DNA of 64,000 bases from Octopus sinensis (taxonomy: Eukaryota), in assembly GCF_006345805.1 (NCBI RefSeq), contig NC_043010.1, forward strand, positions 44,206,001 to 44,270,000, written 5' to 3'. A program made the position numbers and the translations under genes. Below the pieces are notes generated by a model. It made no database searches. It was not told the DNA's origin and saw only the letters and a list, made by a program, of their open reading frames with translations. This document shows, in pieces, positions 25,790-39,590 of the stretch (position 1 is the stretch's first letter; each line of letters begins with the position of its first letter).

Positions 25790-28700
25790 CTGACAGAAGA
25801 AATTAAAAGAAAATGGAAAAAAAAATAACAGAAAAAAAATGATAAAATAAAAAATATTACGAATGGGTCAAAGAGAAAGAGAGAAAAAGAAAAAAAAATG
25901 TAATGAAATGACCTGTAAGAGAAAATATACATAAAAAAAAAAGAAAATAACATTTGGAGAATTTAATCTTTTGACAGCAAAAAACTATCAGTAAGATGCA
26001 CAATATTCATTTCACTGAGAGTAAACAACAATAAGGGATTTGAGGGAACATAAAAAAAAAAAAAGAAAAATGACTTACTCATATGGCTGAAGTTTTAAAA
26101 TAGCTTCAAGATATTTTAAAGTTATATTTTCAAGTCATAGTTTTGTGTTAATTAATTAGTGACTAAATACAGTTCAAATTAAATAAGTAGAATAACAAAT
26201 TATATGAAATATTATTTATAAGTAACTTCATAACAACATAATGAAACTTGTCTAATAAATATTAAGATACAAAACTAGACACAATTAGTGTGTTTATTAG
26301 GCCTGTGACTGTGTGAAGGATTGTGCACATGTAAACAAATGAAGTTATATTTTCACATTTACACATTACATATGCTTTAAATATGTATACTTTGGTATAT
26401 AATAATTATTTCTTATACAGGCAGCAAACCATAAGATTTTTAGAGGTAGCCCAAAATAATAATGCTCATATCATTTACCAACGGTGTTAGCAGAATTAAG
26501 TGAAATGGTGTTAAATAAGAATCAAACTGATATGGGTAATGAAGATTTTTTCATAATTACTTATTTTCTTAATGATACAAAAATAAAATATAATTATGTG
26601 GATAAGAAATACAAGCTACATACTCCCCACAAAGGAAGGTGCTACATTTGTTTCAAGCTTCTTATATCTAATAATTTGTTCCTTTTACTAAACTTCAAGT
26701 ATATTTGAGACACATACCAAACTTTATTATTTTAAGTAGTAAATGATAACATATTCAATATACAGAATGTTAAAAAAGCTAACTAGAATTTCTTATGCAG
26801 TGAGGGAAAAAGCATTATTCAACAACTGACATGGACCTGAGACAATTCTGGACATGTTTTGGTCATATTCTGGTTACCTCAGTACTATACTAGCTGAAGT
26901 AATGATGAAAGAAGCACTAAATAAAGGTACAAAATTGGACATTTATTGGTGTGATAAAATAAAATTGTTTAGAGATTAGACCATTTAAGGAAAGTATTTA
27001 GGTAAAAAAAAATTGTTAAGCTTGTTATCTTTCATGAGTTTAATTGTTGTCTATAACAACAACAACACAGCTGTTGTTGCAGTTGTCATCATCACTGTGA
27101 AATTATCACTGTAACCCATGCTGACATGGGTTAGACATATCTACAATACAGAAATTTACCACTTCTCACAATCACATAAACACACACAATTTTTTGGGAT
27201 ATCATGGATTCTGCAAAACAAAAGCATTCCCACCCCGATTAAACCTGTATAGTTTTTCAGAAAATGTATGTTCATCTGTTTCCAAGATGATTAATAGAGT
27301 GTCATTTGAGATTTGTTTGCTGTTTCTATTAGGCTGAGCAGCTGTGCAAAGGCGTCTTGATACAATAATGTGGCAGATTGTCACTAGTCTCACCTCTCTC
27401 ATAACACACACAAATTCACTATTTAGTCCTTTCTGATGAAACACCATGGATTCTTGAAATCCAGACATTTACATGAACTGTTCAAAGTATGTTTTATAGC
27501 AAGAAACAGCTTATTAACACTCACCATTCATTAAAAAAAAATAATAATGCAATTTATTTCCTAAACAGGCAGAGAGGAGAAAACAGAATGAAGAAAACAA
27601 CATGATGACAATTGTAAAGTTTCTGCTCCATTGTCTGGCACTTCAGCAAAATGTTTTGTGTTCTCATAATTTCATAGGTAAATTTTAACACAGCAGACCA
27701 GAACAATTGATAGGGACTTATTATTTTTCTTATATTTCCAAAAACAGGGTAAAACAAGAAATGTTCAAAATAACCGAAAGAATGACAGACATAATTAAAA
27801 TTACAAAGGATCTCTTTGAAGGAATAAATAACATTTGATGAGATGACAAGTATAAGGAAAGAGAGCCTAAGAAAGATGAAAATATATTTTGGTAGAAGAA
27901 TTATTGTAATAATGAAAGTAACAATATTAAGGAGTTTAAGAAGATATTTAAGACAGAATTATGGAAGAATATGGAGGGGTGGGATTAGAGAGAAAGAGAA
28001 TAAGGATAACAAAATGAACCTGATTATGCAAGCAAACTGCAAAAGACACAAAACCATTCATAGACAGAAGTTATATAAACAGGAACAAGTATGTGAACAC
28101 ATTTTTGGGGGTAGGGTGGGAGAAAGGTGGTAATGGCACAAGTGTTCACCTTACAAAATGATCACCAAAATGAATTAGGATAAATTAGATTTTCTCAACA
28201 GAAAGCTTTAGAGAAGGAAGGATATTGTGGACAAAACCTATAAATATTGTTTTATCTCACAACTACACTGCTACAGAATCTGAAATTACAGTTACTGTAA
28301 ACATGGCTTCATAGTTTGTTTAAGCAAAAACACTATTCATTGAGGAAGCATTCATGTATGCATATGCATGCACACACGCGTGCTCGTGCAAACACACACA
28401 CACACACACAAAACACTTGTTGCTTATATGGATGGTTAATATATTTAGATGTTTCAAGTAATGATTTTGAGGTTCTAAGAAGGAAAGAAAAAATAAGTTG
28501 ATATTTTATTAGGCTGAAGTGATGAGACAAGAGAGAATAGAAGTAGTATGAGGGAAACTGCAAACAGGACAAAGAAATAAGAGATGCTGAAACAAATAGG
28601 ATGGAAAGAAAATAAAAGAAAAAATAACCCTGCTTCTAATTGAGAACAGTCTGTATATGAAGAAGTAGCAACTGGTGGACAAAACTATGCAGTATAGGCA

Positions 28701-29865
28701 AAGGAGTAATATGGGGTGGAACAGATCTTAAATTATGTTAATGAAGTAGACTTATAAAATTTGGCAGGTTACATACATATCCATATCCTCAAAAAATATA
28801 ACTATTACAGCTATAATTTCTACTTTAACCATCTTTATATATGCTTCATACAAGATAATTTTGTGAATCTACAAGAACTGCTTGAGCAGATATTCTATTA
28901 TAGACATTCTTTTTAACACTAACCATTTAAGTAAGAAATTTGGAGTGGTGTCTGCTTTTTCTTCAGTTCCTTTGACTAAAGCTATGCTGAATGTTGCATC
29001 TTGTTGATGGGTTACTTACAAAATGTCTTTATCTGGGTTTAAAACGTTTTACTGAAAATAAGATGTATACGTCAGTAAAAGCAAACACTCCTAATTGCTT
29101 TTATATACCACCAGAACATTTATAAATAAATGTATTTTTAAAGGCAAATTTATAAATAAGCATCATGAGATTCATTGTCATAAATAACAAAATCATATAT
29201 TTTCTCTGTGTGTTTGTATCACTACTCTGTTTACATTTAATTTTTCATACTGGCACCAGTTAGATAGATTATAGATTTCATTCTCATCTATTTGTCTATC
29301 TTTTGCTTCTTATTAAATCACAAAGACTGCATTCAGCAGCAGCAACACCACCACCACCAGCAGCAGTAGCTGCCATTATTACCATTGTCACAACCATAAT
29401 TTCTTCTAATCTGTGCCCCATCTTCATGGCTTTTTTCAATCTCATTATTTATTTTCATCTACATCCATCAGTAACTAAACATCAATGGCATTTATTGATT
29501 TGATTTCCACTGTTTATCGTCTATCTTGGAGCCATTCCCTTTATCATCCATCTTAAAGTACACTTGCCTACTATAACTCTTCTTTACTATAGGATCAAAC
29601 ATTTTTATATTCTATATTTTTCATATATAATTTTGGTTATCATATTCTAAATGGTTGTATCTTTTATCTTTAACATGTTTCAATCATTGGACAGTGGCCA
29701 TGCTGGGGCATGAATTGACCTCAATAATTAATTTCTTCTTTCAAGCTTGATACTTATCCTACTGGTCTCTTATGTTGAACTGCTAAATTATGAGAATGTA
29801 AACAAACCATCACCAGTTGTCAAGTAGTGGTAAGGGACAAACTCTCACTCACACAGACATACAAT

Positions 29866-30100
29866 GGCATGGCCACACTTGGAATTTGTGTCACCGGTCT
29901 CAAACCCCTAACTTGCTCAGGACACTGACCTCCTCAAAACTGTTCAGAGATGTGCAACCAAGCAAATGACCTTTCATCAGGCATCTACCATACTCTGAAT
30001 GCCTTGCTTCCCTGGGTATAGATACATTGAAACTCTGACGTCTAGCAACTGACTTGGTAAACACCCACAAAATTATTAACCATCGTACCAACAATCACCA
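29866..30100 (+). mobile_element. CR1-clade LINE fragment
   Basis: PHLEFVSPVSNP*LAQDTDLLKTVQRCATKQ...IRHLPYSECLASLGIDTLKL*RLATDLVNTHKII. Confidence 0.75.
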
Positions 30101-31254
30101 CAAGTACCTTAGTTTTTCACACTTGATAATTATGTACATGAGTGGGGTGGGGGTAACTGAGAGGTAATTAACTAACCATGTACAGAATGGGTTTGTACAT
30201 AGAGTGAATTATGAGTTGTAAAATCAGTTACTCAACCTAGATACAAGTATAAAATCTTTCCTTACCTCCATGCGTACATGGAGGAGAGAGAGAGAGAGAG
30301 GAGGGATTATGATAATGAGTTCAGAATACATGCTCAGTTTTTAATATCATCTAAAAAGAGGAACTAGGCATAAAGAAAATGAAAATTTGCCCAGGATATT
30401 CATACTCCACCCTGTCCCCCTGACCTGCTAATTTGGTGCTTTTGAAAATGAAAAAGATATTTACATTCGTTCTTGTTTTTTGATGACTGTTGTTCATACA
30501 ATTCATGTTTTACAATCAAATTTTATTACTACAGTGGTTAGTTTATCCTAAATGGAAAATGAAACTGAGATGCAGATTTAATTCATTAAAAACTGTAATT
30601 ATAATATACCAAACAGCACTAAGGATCATGATATGGACAGGACACGATTCTTGCAACAGGAAATAACCACAGAATATAGGGCATCAGTTTGCTGCGTTAG
30701 TAATTGAAAAATTTGCAAGGAGTAGGCTGTTCTTCTATTTATTTAGTTCCATATTATATTAATTATATTTCAAGAAAAAGCAGTCTGACCAAGTATTTTA
30801 ATTTTCAAAGTTTTGAGATCTGTAACTTGTAACTTGTTGGCTAGTTAGCATGCTGGGTAAAATGCTTAACATTTCATCCAACTTTATGAGTTGAGATTCT
30901 GCCAAGGTTGACTTTACCTTTCATCCTTTTGTGGTTGATAAAATAAGTACCAGCTGAGAATTAGGATGATGTAATTGAGTTATCCCCTACTTGAACTTGC
31001 TAGCCTTGTGCCAATTTTAAAACCAATATAAGATAATGTTTGAAACACACTTAAATGCTAGCTTCTTATACAAAACAATGGAAAGATTTTTATGGTTTGG
31101 GAACGTTATGTATTTTGATCAAGAGCTAAGAGAATAAAGCTTGAAGGAAATAGATACAACTACCTTTTGAGATATAGTTACCAAAGATTGGATCTAACAA
31201 CAATGCAAATGTTTACATTTACTAAACCCATTCAATTCATTAGCACAAAGACAT

Positions 31255-31270
31255 ATGTGTGTGTGTGTGT

Positions 31271-31310
<40 letters not shown>
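31255..31310. repeat. (GT)n microsatellite. Others: (GT)n 33057-33095, (TA)n 23147-23185, (ATT)n 12707-12745, (GA)n 53230-53265
   Basis: Direct reading of the sequence. Confidence 0.95.
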
Positions 31311-31311
<1 letters not shown>

Positions 31312-31629
31312 CTGATAACAGCAATAACAAAAAACACCAGTAAAAACTGACAGCTTTGTAGCATTCTGATGTTAATTAGAGAGAGGGGAAAGAGAAAGAA
31401 GGAAAAGAGGGAGAGAGAGAGAGAGATTGAGTGGTGAAGGGAAAAAAAAGCAATGGGTATGTGATAAGATTAGGTGATGACAGCTGTACAAGGACTTATC
31501 ATCAAGTAGAGTTGCTTTATGGCAGTTAGGAAGTATTATTAGGGCACTGAAAATTAGAAAAGGCACAAGCTATGATAAAAGCGTCTAACTTCAGAATGTT
31601 GGCTTAGTTTAAATGTTTGCAGCTATCTG

Positions 31630-32210
31630 CACACTGCCACCCCATAAATGTTAAAGAATAGATTTAAAGATGTGACGACAAAAGATTTTTTTAAAAATAT
31701 TTTCATACGGCACAACATAAAATTAGTATGTGATGGGTAACTAGAAGCTGAATGCTGAACTTATTGATGCTTAAAGGTTGAAAAGTAAAGACATTATGAT
31801 GAGCTTTCACAAGTTACCTCTTGAACAAGAAGTTGGAAATGTAACTGAATGCAAAACTATATTAAAGCTTTGATAAAAAATGGAGCTTTAACAGGACAAT
31901 GAGTTTGGATAGCTAGACTTAGAATGGCACAAAGTAACATAAATTTATTATTTAGAATGGAAAAGATGGACTCTTCACTATGTTTGTCATATTCTATAAC
32001 AATAAATAAAGCACAAGGTCAGTCTTTAAGTAAAGCAGAAATATATTTGCTGCAGCAAGTCTTCAGTTACGGACAATTATGTCTCTCTTGGAAGAGCTTC
32101 AAAATCATTAGATATTGGAGCTAATGTTGTGCAGACCAACAAACTAGGGAAACAACAAGACTTATAGATATAACAAAAAAAAAACATTGTATTTGGTTGA
32201 GTTTCTCAGC
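31630..32210 (+). mobile_element. Helitron PIF1-like helicase C-terminal relic
   Basis: LPPHK (31634), LCLSYSITINKAQGQSLSKAEIYLLQQVFSYGQL (cf. AFAMTINKSQGQSL...VFSHGQLYVA) and a terminal KNIV. Confidence 0.75.
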
Positions 32211-33052
32211 AAAATATTGTAGAGAACAAAGTCTTGAGAAAAATATCAGAATTTTCTAAATTTATATTTGCTGTGTTATGCTTAATATTTATAATATTGT
32301 TACTAACACTATAACTTCTATATGGTCAGAAAAATCTGACATAATGAAGCAATGTTATCACAATGTATAAATTTACGCATCAAAATACAAGTAAGAAAAT
32401 TTATAAAACATGGAATTTCCACATGTCTCATTTATTCAATTATTAATTCCTGCTCCCTCTCCAAAATACCAGTTTGGTTTCTGAAACTTTCATCATATTA
32501 TATGCTCATTGTTTAACAACCAGTTATTCCACATTAATGCTGGAAGGATGTCCAAATTCTATATCAGTAGTTATTTTATCACAGTATATGGACAGCAAAT
32601 CAATACTTTTTGTGACTAGAAGATATAATTAAGCAACATATACACTGACAAGCACAAATTCTAGATTTTGGATGCCATGAAACTATTCAAAGGAGAGCAG
32701 TATGATGCTTAACATTTTGTTGGAAATTTTGATCATAACAAGAACAATGTTAATTATATTAAAACCAATTTGAACAACAGCAATTTAAACCAAGTGAAAT
32801 ATGGAAACTAAACTGAACTAAGCATTGTAGTTCAACCTAAAAACCTGGAAGGCATTAAAAAGCTGTCAGATATTTACACTAAACAGTTTTAGCAGAGATT
32901 TGTAATTACTACTGGATCTGAACTTGAGCAATATAATTAATGCTAATTAAAACACGTAGTAAAGCTAGCAATTTTTACTACTACTAACTATCCCAACTTT
33001 GAGAAAAGAAGAAAATTTCAGTTGCGTGTAACTACAACCTAAATACTGTAAC

Positions 33053-33100
<48 letters not shown>

Positions 33101-33819
33101 TTATAAACGAAAAAATTCTGAATTTAACATACCAAATGACAGTTTGACATCAAATTTGATAAATGGGAACAGAACACCATTTGTCAGAGAGGTTATTCAT
33201 TAAACTAGTGGAGGTCACTATAGATATATATTAGTACCTTGCTGGAATAAGTAGCAAAAACAAATAAACTAGACCATGAATAATATTTGTGTCATTACCA
33301 AATTCTCTGTTCATTGATCCAGCATTGTAAATGTGTTATTTAGTGTTGATTCAGAATAATTTAGCAATTGACAGACATTATTATTGACAGGTAAAAAGGT
33401 CAATGGATTTTTATATATTTACTTCCATTTATAGAATTAAAAAAATGACTACTGACAATCAGCACTGAATGGTAATTGATTTACAAACAGCTGTTGCTCA
33501 AAGTTAATGGTGTAAGAAATTATATAGGAAGATTTTGTGTTGACAGACTGTCAAGGCCTATGTTGCTAGCCAGTCAGTAGATACATGGGTTTGTATTTCC
33601 TGATATGAGAAAATGGAGTGCAGTCAACACATTTTAATCATTAATAAGAATTGTTTCTTACAATTCTCAGGTCAGAAACATGAAATTTTTATGAGAAGGA
33701 AACTGTGAACTATAACAGTTTTGATGTACAAAAGAGCAATTACAATGCAATTTAATAGTTAATACCTTAAAATTTGTGTACTGAAAATGGACTTTATCAG
33801 ATGTTTTTAGGAACCTGTG

Positions 33820-34147
33820 AAAGAGGTAGACCCAGAATGATGTGAGATGAGATGGTGAACTATGATCTTTGGATGTTGAGTGTCAAGGAGGTGATGGCAG
33901 GTGACTGAAATTTTTGGTGATTTGCTGTGCTTAGCCAGTGGCACTGCCACATGAAAGGTACCCATGTCAGTGACATGTAAAAAACACCCAGTACATTCTG
34001 TGAAGTGGTTGGCATTAGGAAGGGCATCCAGCTGTAGAAACAAAGCAAAAACAGACTGGAACCTAGTGCAGCACTTTGGCTTACTAGCTCCAGTTAAACC
34101 ATCTAACCCATGTCAGAATGGGAAATGGATGCTAAATGATGATGATG
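33820..34147 (+). mobile_element. RTE LINE 3' end, (GAT)n tail
   Basis: ggcattaggaagggcatccagctgtagaaac...aacccatg...taaatgatgatgatg, the reverse complement of the family at 16439. Confidence 0.75.
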
Positions 34148-35085
34148 AAAGCAAGAAAATAGTTAAAGCAGAATGGTAATGAAAATGAAGAAAAAGGAAA
34201 AATAGAAGTGGAAATAAAAGAAGCAGGATTACAGATGAAATACATAAAATACAAAAAGAAACAGAGAACCAAGTAACACCTAATATAATTCCATTAATAT
34301 CTAGAATGCATTGGAGGAATATAAACTGACCGAGTACTTAAGTGATATCAACCCTGGTGGAATGAGAGAAAGGCTTTGGCAGGATTTAAACTTAGAACAT
34401 AAAAAATTATAACTAAATGTTGTAAGACATTGTTCTCCACAGCTAACCATTCTGCTCTCCCACAGCATTAAAATTTTTGAAAAAATATTTGCATATAGAG
34501 ATGGCTGTGTGGTAAGAAGTTTCCTTCCCAACCACATGGTTCTGGGTTCAACCCCACTGTGTGGCACTTTGAGCAAGTGCCTTGTGAGTAGATTTGCTAG
34601 ATAGAAACACAAAGTATGTGTGTGTGTCTTTGTTTGTTTGCTGCTGCCACCACCACCACCACCACCACCACTTGACAACCAGTGCTGGTGTGTTTATGCC
34701 TCTATGACTTAGTGGTTTGGCAAAAGAGAGTGATAGAATAGGTACCAGGCTTAAAAAAAAAGAAAGTACTGGAGTTAATTCATTCAGCAAAAAATTGTTC
34801 AAGGAAGTGCCCCAGCATGGCTGCAGTCTAATGACTGAAACAAGTAAAAGATACACACCTCTATCTGTGCAATGAATTAAAACAATTCATCAGAGAATTT
34901 TAAGATCAATGGTATATGTATATAGCATGGTGGTGTGGTCAAGTTTATTTTGTGACAACATATATAGCTGCAAAGCAAATTTCTAAACCAAATAGATCCA
35001 TGATACTTTGAGCAATATCTTCTACCATAACTTCGGCTTGACAGATATCTTGTAAATGAAATTTAACAGATGGAAACATATATAT

Positions 35086-36207
35086 ATATATATATATATA
35101 TATCCTGTTTTAACCTCCTACTCTTTGGACTTACGTATCTTAACTACTGTCTGAACTTTCTGAACCTCTTCTCATCTACATACCAGCACTCCACTCAGAT
35201 TACCACTGGATATACTGACTCTACTTTCACGGATTTCACTGGACTCTTCCATTGATGTAAAATCACTCCAATATACCATGACTTCTGAACTTTTTTGAAC
35301 TCTTCAAACTTTTTGAACTTTCTGATTTTTCATACTCTGTATGTCTAAATTGACAAGTTTTTTTTTATTCTCTCTCTGTTTATTTTTCTCTTATTCCTTC
35401 TGCTGAAGAGTGCAAGCTCAAAATGTAAAATACTTTCTCACATTCGCAAGCTTCAAACTAATACAACTGTTTGTTGTTTATACACCTGTCTTCATCTTTT
35501 GTTTTTCTGTAAATTTTAACTATATATATATACGTATATGCTGTGCTCGTGAGCAGATGAGAACTTGTACATTCAAACAGAAATACCATGTGTACTCAAT
35601 TCTAACTGAATTACTTCCCTTCACAACATTTTGTATAAGAAGCCTAATGGAATAAGTACCAGATGAAGAGCTGTTGTGAAAGCAATGCCTTAGTATGGCT
35701 GCAGTTTAACGACTACAGCCAGTAAAAGAACACACACACACTAATGTCCTAATTCTTTTCTCTTTTTACCTAAATGAATGCATAATGATGAGAATCTTGG
35801 AGCAGTGATAGACTGAATCATCAGCTTCAATGTTTAAACTCTACTATGTGTGTTCTCCCATTTGTACATCACTTGTGACATGCAGTGATTCAGCTAATCA
35901 GAGGAAAAAGGAAGAAACCCCCACCCAAAATGCACACATGTATGTATGAGATTTTTAAAAAGTAAATTAATATAAAACTTTTACAAACGTACCAAAGCCT
36001 CTGAATTATTGGGAAAAGGTAAATATAGGTGTAGGTGTGGCTGTGTGTTAAGAAGTTTGCTTCGCAACCGCATGGTTCTGGGTTCAGTCCCACCATGTGG
36101 CACTTTGGGCCATCAGAACGTCTACTATATTCTTGAGCTGACCAAAGCCTTGTGAGTGGATTCGGTAGATGGAAACTGAAAGGAGCCCATCGTATATGTG
36201 TATATAT

Positions 36208-36246
<39 letters not shown>

Positions 36247-37336
36247 CCTGTTTTAACCTCCTACTCTTTGGACTTACGTATCTTAACTACTGTCTGAACT
36301 TTCTGAACCTCTTCTCATCTACATACCAGCACTCCACTCAGATTACCACTGGATATACTGACTCTACTTTCACGGATTTCACTGGACTCTTCCATTGATG
36401 TAAAATCACTCCAATATACCATGACTTCTGAACTTTTTTGAACTCTTCAAACTTTTTGAACTTTCTGATTTTTCATACTCTGTATGTCTAAATTGACAAG
36501 TTTTTTTTTATTCTCTCTCTGTTTATTTTTCTCTTATTCCTTTCTGCTGAAGAGTGCAAGCTCAAAATGTAAAATACTTTCTCACATTCGCAAGCTTCAA
36601 ACTAATACAACTGTTTGTTGTTTATACACCTGTCTTCATCTTTTGTTTTTCTGTAAATTTTAACTATATATATATACGTATATGCTGTGCTCGTGAGCAG
36701 ATGAGAACTTGTACATTCAAACAGAAATACCATGTGTACTCAATTCTAACTGAATTACTTCCCTTCACAACATTTTGTATAAGAAGCCTAATGGAATAAG
36801 TACCAGATGAAGAGCTGTTGTGAAAGCAATGCCTTAGTATGGCTGCAGTTTAACGACTACAGCCAGTAAAAGAACACACACACACTAATGTCCTAATTCT
36901 TTTCTCTTTTTACCTAAATGAATGCATAATGATGAGAATCTTGGAGCAGTGATAGACTGAATCATCAGCTTCAATGTTTAAACTCTACTATGTGTGTTCT
37001 CCCATTTGTACATCACTTGTGACATGCAGTGACTCAGCTAATCAGAGGAAAAAGGAAGAAACCCCCACCCAAAATGCACACATGTATGTATGAGATTTTT
37101 AAAAAGTAAATTAATATAAAACTTTTACAAACGTACCAAAGCCTCTGAATTATTGGGAAAAGGTAAATATAGGTGTAGGTGTGGCTGTGTGGTAAGAAGT
37201 TTGCTTCGCAACCGCATGGTTCTGGGTTCAGTCCCACCATGTGGCACTTTGGGCCATCAGAACGTCTACTATATTCTTGAGCTGACCAAAGCCTTGTGAG
37301 TGGATTCGGTAGATGGAAACTGAAAGGAGCCCATCA

Positions 37337-37345
<9 letters not shown>
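35086..37345 (+). repeat. Near-identical tandem duplication, unit about 1144 bp
   Basis: Identical spurious ORFs are offset by 1143-1144 (35410/36554, 35890/37034). I see only 1 indel and about 3 substitutions between the copies. Confidence 0.95.
35398..35430 (+). ncRNA. Degenerate minimal hammerhead motif (second copy at 36541-36574)
   Basis: UU CUGCUGA A GAGU-GCAA-GCUC AAAA UG UA AAA. The changes GAAA>AAAA and CG>UG are both consistent with CpG decay. It lies in a (TA)n-bounded element. Confidence 0.45.
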
Positions 37346-37378
<33 letters not shown>

Positions 37379-38015
37379 CACACACACCTGTGTGTGCGTG
37401 TGTTTGTCTTCTACCACTGCTTGATAACCAGTGTTGGTGTGTTTACATCTCTAATTTAGCAGTTTGACAAAAGAGACTGACAGAACAAGTACCAAGCTTA
37501 AAAAAAAGTAAATAAATAACTACTGGGATTGATTCATTTGCCTAAAAATTCTTCAAGGCAGTGCCCCAGCATGGCTGTAATATAATGACTGAAACAAGAA
37601 AACGATAAAAGATATCAAAGCTTCAGATCTATTAGGAGAAGGTAAATAAAACTGCAATTTCATTCTGCACTCAAAACAGAATGAAAACGCCTATAATATT
37701 GATACAAATCTTAGTTATAATAGCAATTAGAGGTAGTATAATATTTCACTTTCGTTTCTTAGCCCAAAATAGCTGATTCCAGCAATAGAGATTACACGCA
37801 ATTTAAAAGAAAAATGCAATGGTCCTTGATAGCAATTTGATGAAATATTCTGCTTATGAAACACCTATGATTTTATTAACCATGAGATTTAAACATTTAA
37901 ATAATGTTGTAAATCTCTGAATTTGAAATTATCTAATTTTTCATAGAACTAGTCCAATTTCTGATAAATTTCTAAATGCATAAAAAAGAAAAGCATAAGA
38001 AACTATTTCCCAAAC

Positions 38016-38052
<37 letters not shown>

Positions 38053-38753
38053 TAGATGGTTTTTTTTTCTAGCTAATCTAGCCTTGTATTTTCATGACCT
38101 ATATCTGATACACACCAAAGAATTTGCATCAAATTATTATGTTGTAAATCTTAAACAAAATGTTGTCTCATCATTATCTGATGCAATCAATATATAGATG
38201 GAACTAGTCTCAAAATGGGATATTTTTTTCAACAGTCAATAGGTATGCACTGAGGTGTTTCTTACTTGTTTTTCACCTGTTAATGAGGTGTTTTTAGAGA
38301 ATGTTCTCTAAAACCTTTTCTTGCTTGTTTTGGATAAAAATCAATGATTCTAATGAATAGAATCATCTACCTGCATTCAGAAGTCATGAATGCACTGAAG
38401 TAGAATGAAAACTCATATAACACAATCTCAGCCATAATAGTAATAGGAGTAGTAATAACATTTCATTCTTTCTTCTCTTAGCTGATTCTTATAGTACACA
38501 TAGCATGCAAAGGCATTCACCATATTTAGCTAAGAAAGCATCTGTACTGATTAAAATCATACCCATAAAAAAAAAAAAATCATCAGTGTTAAGTGATAAT
38601 TCTTGCCAGAGGCATAGGAGACAGCATTGAAATTCTAATTGCGTAGAAATTGAATGAGGGAATGCAGAGGGAAATATAACTCTTGGTGGCAACTCTGGAT
38701 ATATTTTAAACATACCCGACAACCTCAATGAAGAATTGATTTACTTGTACCAT

Positions 38754-39035
38754 GCTCTTAATCACTACGCCATATGCACACAGGCATATGGAGTAGTGGT
38801 TAAGAGCGCAGGCTACTAACCCCAAGATTCCGAGTTCGATTCCAGACAGTGACCTGAATAATAATAATAATAACATTGCAAAATACCTTAGGAATGAGAA
38901 CCCAGGTTTGAAATTTCCCCAAGACACCTGACGAAGGCTGGAGGGTATATCAGCCGAAACGTGTTAACAACAAACAAGATGAGGACAAATGTAAATAATG
39001 TACATAATTCCTCATCTCTTAAATATAGAACTGTA
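38754..39035 (+). mobile_element. Non-autonomous element: inverted tRNA-like head + (TAA)n + hammerhead
   Basis: A-box-like TGGAGTAGTGG, anticodon-loop-like CTACTAA and B-box GAGTTCGATTCC at 38784-38845. A 24-bp inverted copy of the head lies at 38754-38777 and the hammerhead at 38923-38965. Confidence 0.65.
38923..38965 (+). ncRNA. Hammerhead motif lacking the NUH triplet, inside a tRNA-headed element
   Basis: GACAC CUGACGA A GGCUG-gagggua uau-CAGCC GAAA C GUGUU. Helix I is GACAC/GUGUU and helix II is a perfect 5 bp. Only one nucleotide separates GAAA from helix I. Confidence 0.6.
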
Positions 39036-39099
39036 TATAAATTTTTAGTGAAAAACATTCATTGATTACTTCATGCTCTTGCTTGATGAGGCTTGAGTC

Positions 39100-39590
39100 A
39101 TCCCAGATTAGTGGTCCTATGCTTAGAGCAGATCAGGTCCACCAGAGCTCCTCATCACTGGCAGTCCTGTACCAGCCCCTCTGCATCCTCCAAGATGATG
39201 TCAAACATCTGGAGATCTTCTTTAATCACCTCCAGCCATGGGGGCTCTTCCAGTCTGCAGCAGCTGTGTTGAATGAGAGTAAAGCCCTGGTAGGATGATC
39301 TGGAGGAAGGCAGAATATATGTCCATACCAGAAGATGGCTATGAGGTGGGAGGCTGTGGGCTGAAAAGTGCATGCAGAGCTGTTTATTGGAAACATGGCA
39401 GTACCATCTGATGTTCTTGATGGTTCTCAGGGCTCTGCTAATAAAGAAGTCATTCCTCAACGTCAGGGTCTTTGTGAGGGGTCATGTTTCTGCTCCAGAG
39501 AGCAATTTGAAATGGTGACATGGAGAACATTTTTCATGAATGCCTTGTGTATGAAGATCATATACTTAAAAGTGGGGTGAGGGGCTAACA
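39100..39590 (-). mobile_element. Degraded RTE-group LINE RT C-terminal fragment
   Basis: ALRTIKNIRWYCHVSNKQL...PPWLEVIKEDLQMFDIILEDAEGLVQD resembles RTE C-termini. Confidence 0.55.

Noticed and set aside
26079-26086. Possible 8-nt micro-exon (cag|CCATATGA|gtaagt) on the minus strand
   Set aside because: The pyrimidine tract is weak and the exon would break the frame. It cannot be supported without RNA data.
38178-38212. CUGAUGC...GGAA CUAG UC hammerhead-like string
   Set aside because: Two core mismatches and no helix I pairing.
38784-38855. tRNA gene
   Set aside because: The arms are imperfectly paired, there is no clean acceptor stem, and it is embedded in a repeat. It is treated as a SINE-type head, as is 56275-56344.
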